Origin: Kofleriaceae bacterium
GTDB lineage: Bacteria > Myxococcota_A > Polyangia > Haliangiales > Haliangiaceae
Assembly: GCA_046597055.1 (NCBI GenBank)
Contig: JBKJLC010000150.1
Span: 1 to 42,305, forward strand
Direction: 5' to 3'
DNA: 42,305 nt
Below the pieces are notes generated by a model. The model worked only from the letters and a program-made list of their open reading frames with translations, searched no databases and was not told the origin of the DNA. A program made the position numbers and the translations under genes. Shown here piece by piece: positions 7,789-16,683 of this stretch (position 1 is its first letter; every line of letters begins with the position of its first letter).

Positions 7789-9765
7789 TCACGGATCGGC
7801 GGGGGCGGAGCCGGCCGGCGGGATCTTGCGCGCCGACTTGATCCGACCGGGCAGCACCTCGATCGGCACCGGCGGCGTCAGCTCGTAGAGGAAGCCACGG
7901 CTGTCGAGCTTGGCCTGGAACCGGCCCTTGTAGTTGACCATGCGGCGATACGGCTGCGGCACCTCGCCGGTGCGCGCGTGGGTGCGGTGGCCGAGCAGGA
8001 AGCCGCCGAGCCGGACCGCGAGGTGGTTGAACAGCCGGTGACACCCGTGGCTGGTGCCGTACGCGATCGAGGTGACGCTCGACGAGCCGTGGGTGCGGAT
8101 GCCGTTGTCGTCGAAGCGCACCCGCTTGGGGCCGAGCGCGGTGGCCCGGTGATGCACCAGCATCACCATGCCGTACGCGGAGCGCGGGCCGGGCCCGAAC
8201 ACCTCGCGCTTGAGCCGCCACTTGCCGTTCCACATGTAGCGCACGAGATCCTTGTCGGGCGTGGTCTTCGGCGGGTACCAGACCGGCGCCGCGTACACGT
8301 CGCGCCAGACCCGCGGCCCGACGTCGGACTCCTTCCACTTCTGCACGACCCAGCCGCTGCCGGTGCGGACGTCGGCCCAGCCACCGATGGTGCTCGGCCA
8401 CCGCACCAGCGGGCGACGGACGCCGTCGACCGTCGCGAACACGGTCAGCGCTGGCCGCCGGTACGCGACCCGGGGGACCGGCTTGTTGTCGTACCAGACG
8501 TCGCCGCGATCGATCTCGGCGGCGAGGTCCATGTGCGGGCCGTGATAGGCGGGTGTCGGTGGGAGCGCGAGCGCGACCCGCGGGCGGTCGGCGCCGACCT
8601 TGGCCAGCCAGGTGCGCGCGTGATCGGCGTCGGTCCAGCCCAGGTGCTTGGCGGCGACCTCGGTGGCGGCGCCGATCAGATCGGGGGCGGCATCGGGCAG
8701 CGCCCGGTAGCCGCGGGCCGCGCGCATCATCGCCGGCTCGAGCTGGCGGCCGAGGATCGGCCGGGGGCCGGCGCCGGCGGTGCCGTCCTCGATCAGGCCG
8801 GTGGCGTCGGCGACGTGCTCGCGCAGGACCCGCAGCGCGCCGCGGAACGCCAGCTCGCGGCTGCCGGCGACCAGGGCGGCCCGGGTCTCGTCGTCGAAGC
8901 GCGCGTTGGGGACCAGGAAGTTCTTGCGCTGGTACATCTCGACCGCGTGGCCGGTGCGCCAGGTGAACAGGCCATCGGCCCACTTCGGCTCGAGCACGCC
9001 GTCGCAGACCAGGTGGGCCTGCAGCGTGGTCAGCGCGTCGTGCTGGGTCTCGAGACGGTTGAACAGCGAGACCCGCTGACGCCACGCCGGCGACTTGGCG
9101 AGCGCGTCGATGCTGGCGAGCTTGCGCCGGGCCCGCTCGCGCTCGAGCACGGTCGCGAGATAGCGACGATGACGATCCATCGACTTGATGCCGGCATCGT
9201 TGGCCTGCGAGACCGAGCGCTTGAACGCGACCAGCGGGGCCGGCGCGAGCGCCTCGTGGCAGGCATGACGGGCGTCGTCGGCGAGGCGACGCTGGATCAC
9301 GGACAGGTTCGGGATCACGCCGTAGAGCTCGACGAACTGCTCCTCGGGCTCGAGCTCGTCGCCGTCGGGGCTGCGCTCGCCGGCCAGCGCCAGGTAGCTG
9401 GCCCGGAAGGTCGGCGCCTTGCCGTCGGGGCCCGGCGCGAACACGCGCGGGGTCCAGCCGTCGCCGAGATCGATGATGGTGAGCCCGGCGGCGGTCGCCG
9501 CGTCAGGACAGATCCAGCCGCCGGCCACCCCATCGGTGAAGACCTGGGCGGGCGCGGGGCAGCCAGCCGCGTCGCGCGAGGCGGCGGTCGGCTGACCGCC
9601 GACCGGCGCGGTCGGCGCGCTTGGCGAGTTCGCGCGGGGCGCGACGGCGGGCTCGGTGGCGGTGCCGGAAGCGCGTGGCTCGTCCGCCTTCGCGGCGCGG
9701 TCCCCTCCGTCACTGCACGCGGTCGCGAGCACGGCGAGACAGACAACAGCTCTGGATTGGTTCAA
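7789..9765 (-). CDS. L,D-transpeptidase (YkuD) lipoprotein with peptidoglycan-binding-like domain
   Basis: TTG start after GAGAGAGGGG; lipobox LATAC; DGLFTWRTGHAVEMYQRKN PG-binding-like segment; catalytic IRTHG...SHGCHRL. Confidence 0.85.
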   Translation of the reverse strand: MNQSRAVVCLAVLATACSDGGDRAAKADEPRASGTATEPAVAPRANSPSAPTAPVGGQPTAASRDAAGCPAPAQVFTDGVAGGWICPDAATAAGLTIIDLGDGWTPRVFAPGPDGKAPTFRASYLALAGERSPDGDELEPEEQFVELYGVIPNLSVIQRRLADDARHACHEALAPAPLVAFKRSVSQANDAGIKSMDRHRRYLATVLERERARRKLASIDALAKSPAWRQRVSLFNRLETQHDALTTLQAHLVCDGVLEPKWADGLFTWRTGHAVEMYQRKNFLVPNARFDDETRAALVAGSRELAFRGALRVLREHVADATGLIEDGTAGAGPRPILGRQLEPAMMRAARGYRALPDAAPDLIGAATEVAAKHLGWTDADHARTWLAKVGADRPRVALALPPTPAYHGPHMDLAAEIDRGDVWYDNKPVPRVAYRRPALTVFATVDGVRRPLVRWPSTIGGWADVRTGSGWVVQKWKESDVGPRVWRDVYAAPVWYPPKTTPDKDLVRYMWNGKWRLKREVFGPGPRSAYGMVMLVHHRATALGPKRVRFDDNGIRTHGSSSVTSIAYGTSHGCHRLFNHLAVRLGGFLLGHRTHARTGEVPQPYRRMVNYKGRFQAKLDSRGFLYELTPPVPIEVLPGRIKSARKIPPAGSAPADP

Positions 9766-9996
9766 TCGCGCCCCTCTCTCTCGAGGATGAGCTGTTCGGC
9801 CTCGCAGCGCAAAGTCTGGGTGCTCGCGGACACGCGCGCAGCGCGCGCACGTGTCGGTGGCGCTCGCACGAGCAGGGTGCGAGCCGTCACGCCGCACCGC
9901 GTCCACCGCCGCGGTGGCCGGTGCGACCAGCGGGGCGCGCCTCAGGTCGGTGTCGGTGGCGGTGTCGGAGGGGGTCGCTACGGTGCGGCCCCCGCC

Positions 9997-11070
9997 ATGA
10001 ATCCGACCGAGCTCTCCACCGACCTCGAGGCCGCGCTCGTGCGCGAGCTGCTCCACTGGCACGCCGTCCTCAACGCCCGCCACTTTGCCGGCCGGCTCCG
10101 CTCACCGGTCGTCGCGCTGTCGGAGGCCGCGACCCGGCTCGGCGCGTGGATGCGCGGCACCGGCCGGATCGAGCTGGCGCGCGGGTTCGTGCTCGACCGG
10201 CCGTGGCCCGAGGTGGTCGGCGTGCTCGCCCACGAGATGGCCCACCAGTTCGTCGACGAGGTGCTGCAAGTCCACGAGGAGACCGCGCACGGCGACACCT
10301 TCCGCCGGGTGTGCGAGGAGCGCGGCATCGACGCGCGCGCCGGCGGCGCCCCGATCGCGGCCAACCTCGACGGCGTCGAGGTCGACCGGGTGCTCGAGCG
10401 GGTCCGCAAGCTGCTCGCGCTGGCCGGCAGCGCCAACCAGCACGAGGCCGAGGCCGCGATGCGACGCGCGCACGAGCTCATGCTCCGCCACAACATCGAG
10501 GCGGCGCAGGCCCGCGCGACCACGACCTTCGAGCTGCGCCACCTGGGCGATCCGCTCAAGCGCACCACCCGCACCGAGCTCGACATCCTTAACCTGCTGG
10601 TCGAGTTCTTCTTCGTGAAGGTGATCCGCATCCCGGTCTACCTGCCGCGCCTGGGCGTGCGCGGCGCGCTGTTCGAGCTCACCGGCACCCGCGCCAACAC
10701 CGAGATGGCGGTCCACGTGCACGCGTTCCTGCTGGCGACCGCCGAGCGGCTGTGGCGCGACAATCGCGGCGACGCCCGCGTGCGCAGCGGCCACGATCGC
10801 GGCTCGTACCAGGCCGGGGTCGTCCGCGGTTTCCACGAGAAGCTGGCCAGCGAGCGCACCGAGCTGACGGGCACCGGCCTGGTCTGGAAAGGCGACGCCA
10901 ACCTCGAGGCGTTCTACCGGGCGCGCTATCCGCGGATCACCCGACGCAAGCGCATGGTGCGGGTCAGCGCCGCGCACGAGGCGGGCCGCGAGGCCGGCCG
11001 CGAGATCGTGCTGCACCGGCCGATCGAGCACGGCCCGAGCGACGGCGCGCCGCGCCGCCTGCGGGCCTGA
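9997..11070 (+). CDS. SprT-like zinc metalloprotease with DUF2786 domain
   Basis: ATG at 9997; HEMAH and HGDTF SprT motifs; LERVRKLLALAGSANQHEAEAAMRRAHELMLRHNI (DUF2786). Confidence 0.85.
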   Translation: MNPTELSTDLEAALVRELLHWHAVLNARHFAGRLRSPVVALSEAATRLGAWMRGTGRIELARGFVLDRPWPEVVGVLAHEMAHQFVDEVLQVHEETAHGDTFRRVCEERGIDARAGGAPIAANLDGVEVDRVLERVRKLLALAGSANQHEAEAAMRRAHELMLRHNIEAAQARATTTFELRHLGDPLKRTTRTELDILNLLVEFFFVKVIRIPVYLPRLGVRGALFELTGTRANTEMAVHVHAFLLATAERLWRDNRGDARVRSGHDRGSYQAGVVRGFHEKLASERTELTGTGLVWKGDANLEAFYRARYPRITRRKRMVRVSAAHEAGREAGREIVLHRPIEHGPSDGAPRRLRA

Positions 11071-11117
11071 ACCGGTCGACCGGTCGGCCGCGGTCCAGGC
11101 GCCGATCGGTCGGTCCG

Positions 11118-11142
11118 GACCAGCGCCAGCTCAGCGCTGGTC
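11118..11142. terminator. Hairpin between convergent genes
   Basis: GACCAGCGC-CAGCTCA-GCGCTGGTC (9-bp stem) overlapping the DoxX stop; no U-tract. Confidence 0.35.
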
Positions 11143-11502
11143 GGGTCGCGTGTACCACCAGCACCACGCGATCAGCACTGCCTGCAGCGGCAGGCGCGCC
11201 CACAGCGCCCAGCTCGGCATGCTCTGGCCGCCGAGCGACAGCTGGTTGACCGCCATGTTGATGTTGGCCGGGAACACCGCGACCAGCAGGGCGATCAGCC
11301 CCCACGCGGCGAGCCGCCGGGTCCGGGCCAGGATCAGGCCGAGCCCGCCCAGGATCTCGAACCCGCCCGACGCGTAGACCAGCGCCAGGTGTGCGGGCAG
11401 CACGTCCGGCATGACCGCGACGTAGGCGTCGGGATCGACGAAGTGGTTCACGCCGGCGGCGACCATGAACAACGTGAGCAGCCATCGCAGCGCGGACTTC
11501 AT
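11131..11502 (-). CDS. DoxX-family membrane protein
   Basis: MKSALRWLLTLFMVAAGVNHF...MP...LVYASGGFEILGGLGL...RRLAAWGLIALLVAVFPANINMA. Confidence 0.9.
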   Translation of the reverse strand: MKSALRWLLTLFMVAAGVNHFVDPDAYVAVMPDVLPAHLALVYASGGFEILGGLGLILARTRRLAAWGLIALLVAVFPANINMAVNQLSLGGQSMPSWALWARLPLQAVLIAWCWWYTRPDQR

Positions 11503-11601
11503 GCGGCCCGGAGTACGTCGCAGAGCTGACAGCGGCTGTGCGTCATGCTGCCGCATCCTGAACCGACGTCGGCGCTGGCGGAAGAGTAAGGTCGCGACCC
11601 T

Positions 11602-12831
11602 ATGGCTCGCACCCCCGAACGTCGCTTCGACCTGGTCCTGTTCGGCGCGACCGGGTTCACCGGTCGGCTGCTCGCCGAGTACGTGACCCGTCGCGCCGCA
11701 GGGACCTCCCTGCGCTGGGCCCTGGCCGGACGCTCGACCGCGCGGCTCGAGCAGATTCGCACCGAGCTGGCGTCGATCGACGCGGCCGCGCGCGACCTCC
11801 CGCTCCTCGAGGGCGACGCGCTCGACGTCGCGGCGATGCAGCGGATCGCGCGCGACACCCGGGTGGTGGCCACCACCGTCGGGCCGTACGCGCGCTTCGG
11901 CGGGCCCCTGGTCGACGCCTGCGCGCACGCGGGCACGCACTACGCCGATCTCGCCGGCGAGGTGCCGTTCATCCGCGCGTCGATCGATCGCAACCACGAC
12001 GAGGCCAAGCGCACCGGCGCGCGCATCGTCCACGCCTGCGGTTACGACTCGATCCCGAGCGACCTCGGCGTGCTCTCGCTCCAGCACGAGCTGACCGAGC
12101 GCACCGGCGGGCCGGCCCGCGCCGTGACCGCGCTGTTCCAGGGCAAAGGCGCGTTCTCGGGCGGCACCGTCGCCAGCTTGCTCGGCGTGGCCGACGCCGC
12201 CGCCAAGGACCGCGACCTGCGGCGCCTGCTCGGCAATCCCTACGGCCTCGACCCGGCAGGCAGCCCGCGCGGTGGCGACCAGGACGCCCGCGGCCCCGGC
12301 TACGACCGCGCGCTCGGCGCGTTCACCGCGCCGTTCGTGATGGCGGCGATCAACACCCGCATCGTGCGCCGGAGCCACGCGCTGCTGGGGCATCCGTGGG
12401 GCACCGACTGGGGATACGACGAGCGCATGAGCCTGCCGCGCTCGCCGGGCGGGCTGGCCGCCGCGGTCGGCATCACCGGCGCGCTCGGCGGTTTCCTGGT
12501 CGCCACCCAGGTGCCGTTCCTGCGCCGCCAGCTCGAAAAGCGGCTGCCGAAGCCGGGCGAGGGCCCGACCGCCGAGCAGCGCGCCAGCGGCTACTGGAAG
12601 ACCCGCGTGCACGGCGAGCACGGCGGTCGCCGCGTGGTGGTCACGCTCGGCGACCAGCTCGATCCGGGCTACGCCGGCACCGCCAAGCTGCTCGGTGAGG
12701 CCGCGCTGTGCCTGGCCGAGGACGATCTGGCGACACCGACCGGCGTGCTCACCCCGGCCACCGCGATGGGGCTGACCCTGGTCGAGCGGCTTCGCACCGC
12801 CGGTGTCCGCTGGGACGTCGCGGAGGCCTAG
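11602..12831 (+). CDS. Saccharopine dehydrogenase-like oxidoreductase / trans-acting enoyl reductase family
   Basis: DLVLFGATGFTG Rossmann motif; TTVGPY; HYADLAGE; CGYDSIPSDLG; DPGYAGTAKLL. Confidence 0.9.
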   Translation: MARTPERRFDLVLFGATGFTGRLLAEYVTRRAAGTSLRWALAGRSTARLEQIRTELASIDAAARDLPLLEGDALDVAAMQRIARDTRVVATTVGPYARFGGPLVDACAHAGTHYADLAGEVPFIRASIDRNHDEAKRTGARIVHACGYDSIPSDLGVLSLQHELTERTGGPARAVTALFQGKGAFSGGTVASLLGVADAAAKDRDLRRLLGNPYGLDPAGSPRGGDQDARGPGYDRALGAFTAPFVMAAINTRIVRRSHALLGHPWGTDWGYDERMSLPRSPGGLAAAVGITGALGGFLVATQVPFLRRQLEKRLPKPGEGPTAEQRASGYWKTRVHGEHGGRRVVVTLGDQLDPGYAGTAKLLGEAALCLAEDDLATPTGVLTPATAMGLTLVERLRTAGVRWDVAEA

Positions 12832-15690
12832 CTAGCGCGTGCGCTGGGCGAGCGTCTCGAGCAGCGCCAGGCCCAGCTCGGGCCAGCGCACCAGCGCGGC
12901 CTGGAACGCCGCGCGCTCGAAGACGAGCACGGTGGTTGGCTCGGTCGCGCGCACGGTGGCGGCGCGGGGCGCGTCGTCGACCAGCGCCAGCTCGCCGACC
13001 ACCGCGCCGGGCCCCAGCGAGGTGCCGGCGCCGCGCTCGACCCGCAGTGCGCCGGCCGTGATCGTGTACATCGCGAGCCCGGGCTCGCCGGCGGTGCACA
13101 GGACCTCACCCGCGGCGAGCGTGCGACGGACCGCATCGGCGGCCAGCCGCTCGGCGTGGCGGCCGGGCAGGGTGGCGAAGAACCCGCAGCCGCGCAGCGC
13201 CGCCAGCGCCGGCTCGGTGGCGGCGAGCTCGCCGGCGAGCAGGCGGGCCAACCAGGGATCGAAGTCCGCCAGCGCGGCGCGGGCGGCGGGGTCGCGCGGG
13301 CCGGGTGGCCGCAGCGCGCGCTCGATCGCGTCGAGCACCGGCGGCGGCGCGACCGCGAGCTCCTGGATCACGTCGAGGGTGCGGCGGCGGGCCGCCTCGG
13401 GCGCCGCGATCAGGCGCCGCCCGGCGGCCAGCAGGGGGGCGGCCGGGCGGCCGCCGGCGGCGGTGCTGAGCGCGACCGCCATCAGCAGCCGATCGAGCGC
13501 GCGCCGGACCGCGCGATCGCACTCGGCGGCGTGCAACGCGGGCGCATCGGCGCTGCGGGCCGCGGTCAGCGCCTCGAGCCCGCGGCGCTCGCGCTCGACC
13601 GTGCGCGCGGCCAGCTCGGCGGGCGGGACGTGCCCGGCCCGGGCGTGGCCCGCCAGGCTGCGCAGCGCGGCGGCGCGCACGTCCTCGTCGTCGTCGTCGG
13701 CCAGGGTCGCCAGCAGGATGCCCGGCGTCGCGCCGGCGGCGCGGGCGCGGGCCACCGCGGCGCGGGCCGGCGCGGCCATCACCGGCAGCCGCGCGCGCAG
13801 GGCGCGCACGCCGTCGTCGTCGAGGTCGGCCACCGCGGTGATCGCGTCGCGATCGGCGGCGGTCAGCGCGGCGAGCAACGCCGCGAGCGAGCGGTCGCCG
13901 CCGGCGGTGGCGGCGCGCAGGCCCTCGCGCCGAGCGGTCCCGCCGGCCGCGAGCGCGGCGGTCACCGCCGCGTCGTAGTGCCCGCCGCCGCCGCCGGAGC
14001 CGACCAGCGCCGCGGCCCACGTGCCGTCGTGCGGGACCAGCGCGGCCGCCGCGGCGTCGCGCTCCCCGGCGTCGCGGCCGAGCTGGGCGCGGGCGGCGCG
14101 CACCGCCCGGGCGACCCCGGCGTCGTCGATGCCGCGGCCGGCGAGCGCGGCGATCGCATCGGCGCTGCCGTGCGCGGCCAGCGCGCGGACCGCCGCCGCC
14201 AGCGCGATCGGGTCGTCCTCGATCAGCGCGGCCGCGCGCAGCTCGCTGGCCGCGCCCGGCCGCGGGCGCCGCGCCGCCAGCTCGTAGAGCGCGCGCCGCA
14301 CCGCGGGGTCCTCGTCGGCGAGGTACGGCGTGATCTCGTCGGCGGCCCCGCCGCTGCGGCCGAGCGCGGCGTGGGCCAGCGCCGCGGTGCTCGGATCAGG
14401 CGCGCCGGTCGCCGCGACCAGCCGGACCCAGGTGTCGAGGTCGAAGCCCTCGCGGGACGGCCCGGCGAACGCGACCGACTTCATCCCCAGCGGCGCGGCC
14501 AGCGCGGCCAGGAACCGGGTCGCCGCCCGCCGCACCACCCACAGCCAGCCGACCACCGCCATGGCCACCGCGAGCGCGAAGCCGACCGGCGACGCCAGCG
14601 CACGGGCGCCGAGCACCACCAGCGCTCCGCCCGCGGCCGCGACGCCGAGCGGGGTCGCGACCCCGCGCAGGAGCACCTTCCAGCGCGCCCGGGGCACCGG
14701 TGGCAGCGCCGACAGCGAGATCTCCTGGCCGGTGCGCGAGGTCGCCGCGCGCAGCACCCAGTCGCCGGTGCGCACCGCCGCGATCGCGAGGAAGCCGGGC
14801 ACCGCGGCCAGCGCCAGCGCGCCCAGCCCGGTGACCAGCGGATGGATCGACATCGTGACCGGCAGCCGCCGGCTGGTCAGGAGCCGCGGGACGATCGTCA
14901 CCTGCAGGACCAAGAGCAGCAGGTGCGTGCAGCCGTAGAACAGGCTGACCGCCGACGCCAGGTCGGGACCGTGGAACCGCGCCTTCATCTCGGCGCCGAA
15001 CCGGAACTCGAGCGCAGTGGCGACCGCCGCCTCGAGCACGGCCGCCAGCGCCAGCCAGCGGAGCAGCGTGTGATGGTCGCCGCTCATCGCGGTCGCGCTC
15101 TGGCCCGGTGGCGCGGTCGCGCCCGGCGCACCGCCGGCGGCGAGCGCCCGCTGCGCGGCGATGGTGAGCCCGACCACGACGACGGCGATCGCGGCCGCGA
15201 CCCACGGCACCAGGTCGGCGCCCGCGCGGCGGATCAGCGCCACCGCGCCGAGCCCGGCGAGCGCACCACCCGCGGTCACCGCGGCCCCGGCGCGCGGGAG
15301 CCAGCGCCGCGCGTCGCGGCCGGCCACGCTGGCCGCGACCGTGTTCCACAGCGCGAGGTTGACCACCGACGACAGCGCGACCACCGCGAGCGCGACCACG
15401 AATGGCCAGGGCTTGCCGCGCGCGACCAGCGGCGCCGCCGCGGCCGCCCCGACGACCAGCGCCACCCCGAGCGCGATGTCGACCCGCGGCAGCGGCGCGC
15501 GCGCGGCCGCCGCGTCGTACGCGGTCGTCCCGATCGCGAAGGCGACCGCCTGCGTCAGCAGCAGCAGCGGCAGCGAGGTCGCGCCGTAGTCGGCGAGGAA
15601 CGCCGCCTCGGCGAACGAGCGCAGCGCGACCGCGACCAGGTTGGCCGCGAAGATCGTCACCACGCCCAGCAGGTACGCGCGCCGGTTCAT
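12832..15690 (-). CDS. MFS/Npt1-like (TLC) membrane domain + HEAT-like repeats + cyclic-nucleotide-binding domain fusion
   Basis: ~400-aa multi-TM N-terminus with AEAAFLADYGATSLP; HEAT-like LADEDPAVRRA and LADDDDEDVRAAALRSL; C-terminal GPGAVVGELALVDDAPRAATVRA cNMP cassette. Confidence 0.85.
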   Translation of the reverse strand: MNRRAYLLGVVTIFAANLVAVALRSFAEAAFLADYGATSLPLLLLTQAVAFAIGTTAYDAAAARAPLPRVDIALGVALVVGAAAAAPLVARGKPWPFVVALAVVALSSVVNLALWNTVAASVAGRDARRWLPRAGAAVTAGGALAGLGAVALIRRAGADLVPWVAAAIAVVVVGLTIAAQRALAAGGAPGATAPPGQSATAMSGDHHTLLRWLALAAVLEAAVATALEFRFGAEMKARFHGPDLASAVSLFYGCTHLLLLVLQVTIVPRLLTSRRLPVTMSIHPLVTGLGALALAAVPGFLAIAAVRTGDWVLRAATSRTGQEISLSALPPVPRARWKVLLRGVATPLGVAAAGGALVVLGARALASPVGFALAVAMAVVGWLWVVRRAATRFLAALAAPLGMKSVAFAGPSREGFDLDTWVRLVAATGAPDPSTAALAHAALGRSGGAADEITPYLADEDPAVRRALYELAARRPRPGAASELRAAALIEDDPIALAAAVRALAAHGSADAIAALAGRGIDDAGVARAVRAARAQLGRDAGERDAAAAALVPHDGTWAAALVGSGGGGGHYDAAVTAALAAGGTARREGLRAATAGGDRSLAALLAALTAADRDAITAVADLDDDGVRALRARLPVMAAPARAAVARARAAGATPGILLATLADDDDEDVRAAALRSLAGHARAGHVPPAELAARTVERERRGLEALTAARSADAPALHAAECDRAVRRALDRLLMAVALSTAAGGRPAAPLLAAGRRLIAAPEAARRRTLDVIQELAVAPPPVLDAIERALRPPGPRDPAARAALADFDPWLARLLAGELAATEPALAALRGCGFFATLPGRHAERLAADAVRRTLAAGEVLCTAGEPGLAMYTITAGALRVERGAGTSLGPGAVVGELALVDDAPRAATVRATEPTTVLVFERAAFQAALVRWPELGLALLETLAQRTR

Positions 15691-15816
15691 GGCCGGTCCG
15701 GCCCGCGCCTCACGACGCCCAGCGACACCGGAAGACGGGCGCGCACCTGATCACACGGCGAGCTGGGATCAATCGTGAGGGACCGCGCGTCGAAGACCAC
15801 GTGCCGCACCTCGGCG

Positions 15817-16194
15817 CTACCCCCGCAGCGCGCGGGCGAGCGCGCGCGCCAGGGCCTGGGCCGCGGCCGGCTGCTCTGCGAGCACGTCGATGAAGTCGTC
15901 GTGGGCGAGCTCGAGCACGATCGCGGGCCCGGTCGCGGTCACCGTGATCGCTGGCGCCGCGGCGTCGAGCGCGCCGGTGGCGCCGAGCAGCGCGCCCGGC
16001 GGGTGGCCGCCGAACTCGCCGGCGGCGACGATCAGCACCACCCCCCCGCCGTCACGGCGGGTGGTGACCGCGGTGCCGGCGTCGAGTTCGACCAGCCGCG
16101 TCCGCTCGGCCAGCGCGACCAGCGCGGGCGCGGCCAGCGCGCCGAGCACGTCGGTCGCGGCCAGCGCCCGGGCGCGGTCGAGCACGTCCATCAC
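15817..16194 (-). CDS. Stand-alone degenerate cNMP-binding-fold protein
   Basis: LDRARALAATDVLGAL...LIVAAGEF...PGALLG...TVTATGPAIVLELAHDDFIDVLAEQP; Crp-like N-domain layout without the GE/PR cassette residues. Confidence 0.75.
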   Translation of the reverse strand: MMDVLDRARALAATDVLGALAAPALVALAERTRLVELDAGTAVTTRRDGGGVVLIVAAGEFGGHPPGALLGATGALDAAAPAITVTATGPAIVLELAHDDFIDVLAEQPAAAQALARALARALRG

Positions 16195-16205
16195 GTCACG
16201 CGACG

Positions 16206-16598
16206 TTACTTCTTGGCCAGAATACGCTTCTGGTTGGCCAGGATCGCCTTCTGATTGCCCATCATCGCCTTCTGGTTGCCAATGATGTCGACCAGGCGTT
16301 TCTGGTTCCCGACGATCTTCTCCTGATTGGCGAGGACCTTGTCGAGCTTCTTCTGGTTCGACTCGAGGCGCTTCTGGTTGCCCAGGATCTCGTCGAGCTT
16401 CTTCTGGTTTGCGGCGATCTTGTCGAGCTTTGCCTGGTTGCCCTGGATCTGCTTCTGATTGGCCAGGATCTCGTCGAGCTTCGCCTGATTGGCGGCGATG
16501 CGATCTTCGCCCGACAGGATGCGCTCTTGATTGGCGAGGATCTTCGTCTGGTTCGCGATGATCGTCTCTTGATTAGCGATGACGTTGTCGTCGGCCAT
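16206..16598 (-). CDS. Asn-Gln repeat coiled-coil protein (130 aa)
   Basis: GAGGGGG RBS; 14 xxNQ units at 7- or 10-residue spacing (one 14 spanning a degenerate unit); GC-rich third positions. Confidence 0.9.
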   Translation of the reverse strand: MADDNVIANQETIIANQTKILANQERILSGEDRIAANQAKLDEILANQKQIQGNQAKLDKIAANQKKLDEILGNQKRLESNQKKLDKVLANQEKIVGNQKRLVDIIGNQKAMMGNQKAILANQKRILAKK

Positions 16599-16683
16599 AG
16601 TGCGGTTGCCCCCTCGTTGGTGAGAGCATCTTGCGGCGCCGACGGACGCGGATCAACGCGTCGAGCCAGGCGAATGCGCCGGC

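Noticed and set aside
7678..9996. Apparent 1130-aa fusion ORF upstream of SprT
   Set aside because: The first ~770 codons are antisense to the L,D-transpeptidase; protein-like sequence starts at ATG 9997.
9997..11070. SprT/DUF2786 gene as a prophage or defence-island marker
   Set aside because: No phage, integrase or defence genes nearby; the neighbours are ordinary envelope and metabolic genes.
16206..16598. Periodic DNA (TTCTGGTT / CTGATTGG) resembling a CRISPR or VNTR array
   Set aside because: Periods of 21 and 30 bp vary at synonymous positions and are explained by the protein repeat; there are no unique spacers or cas genes.
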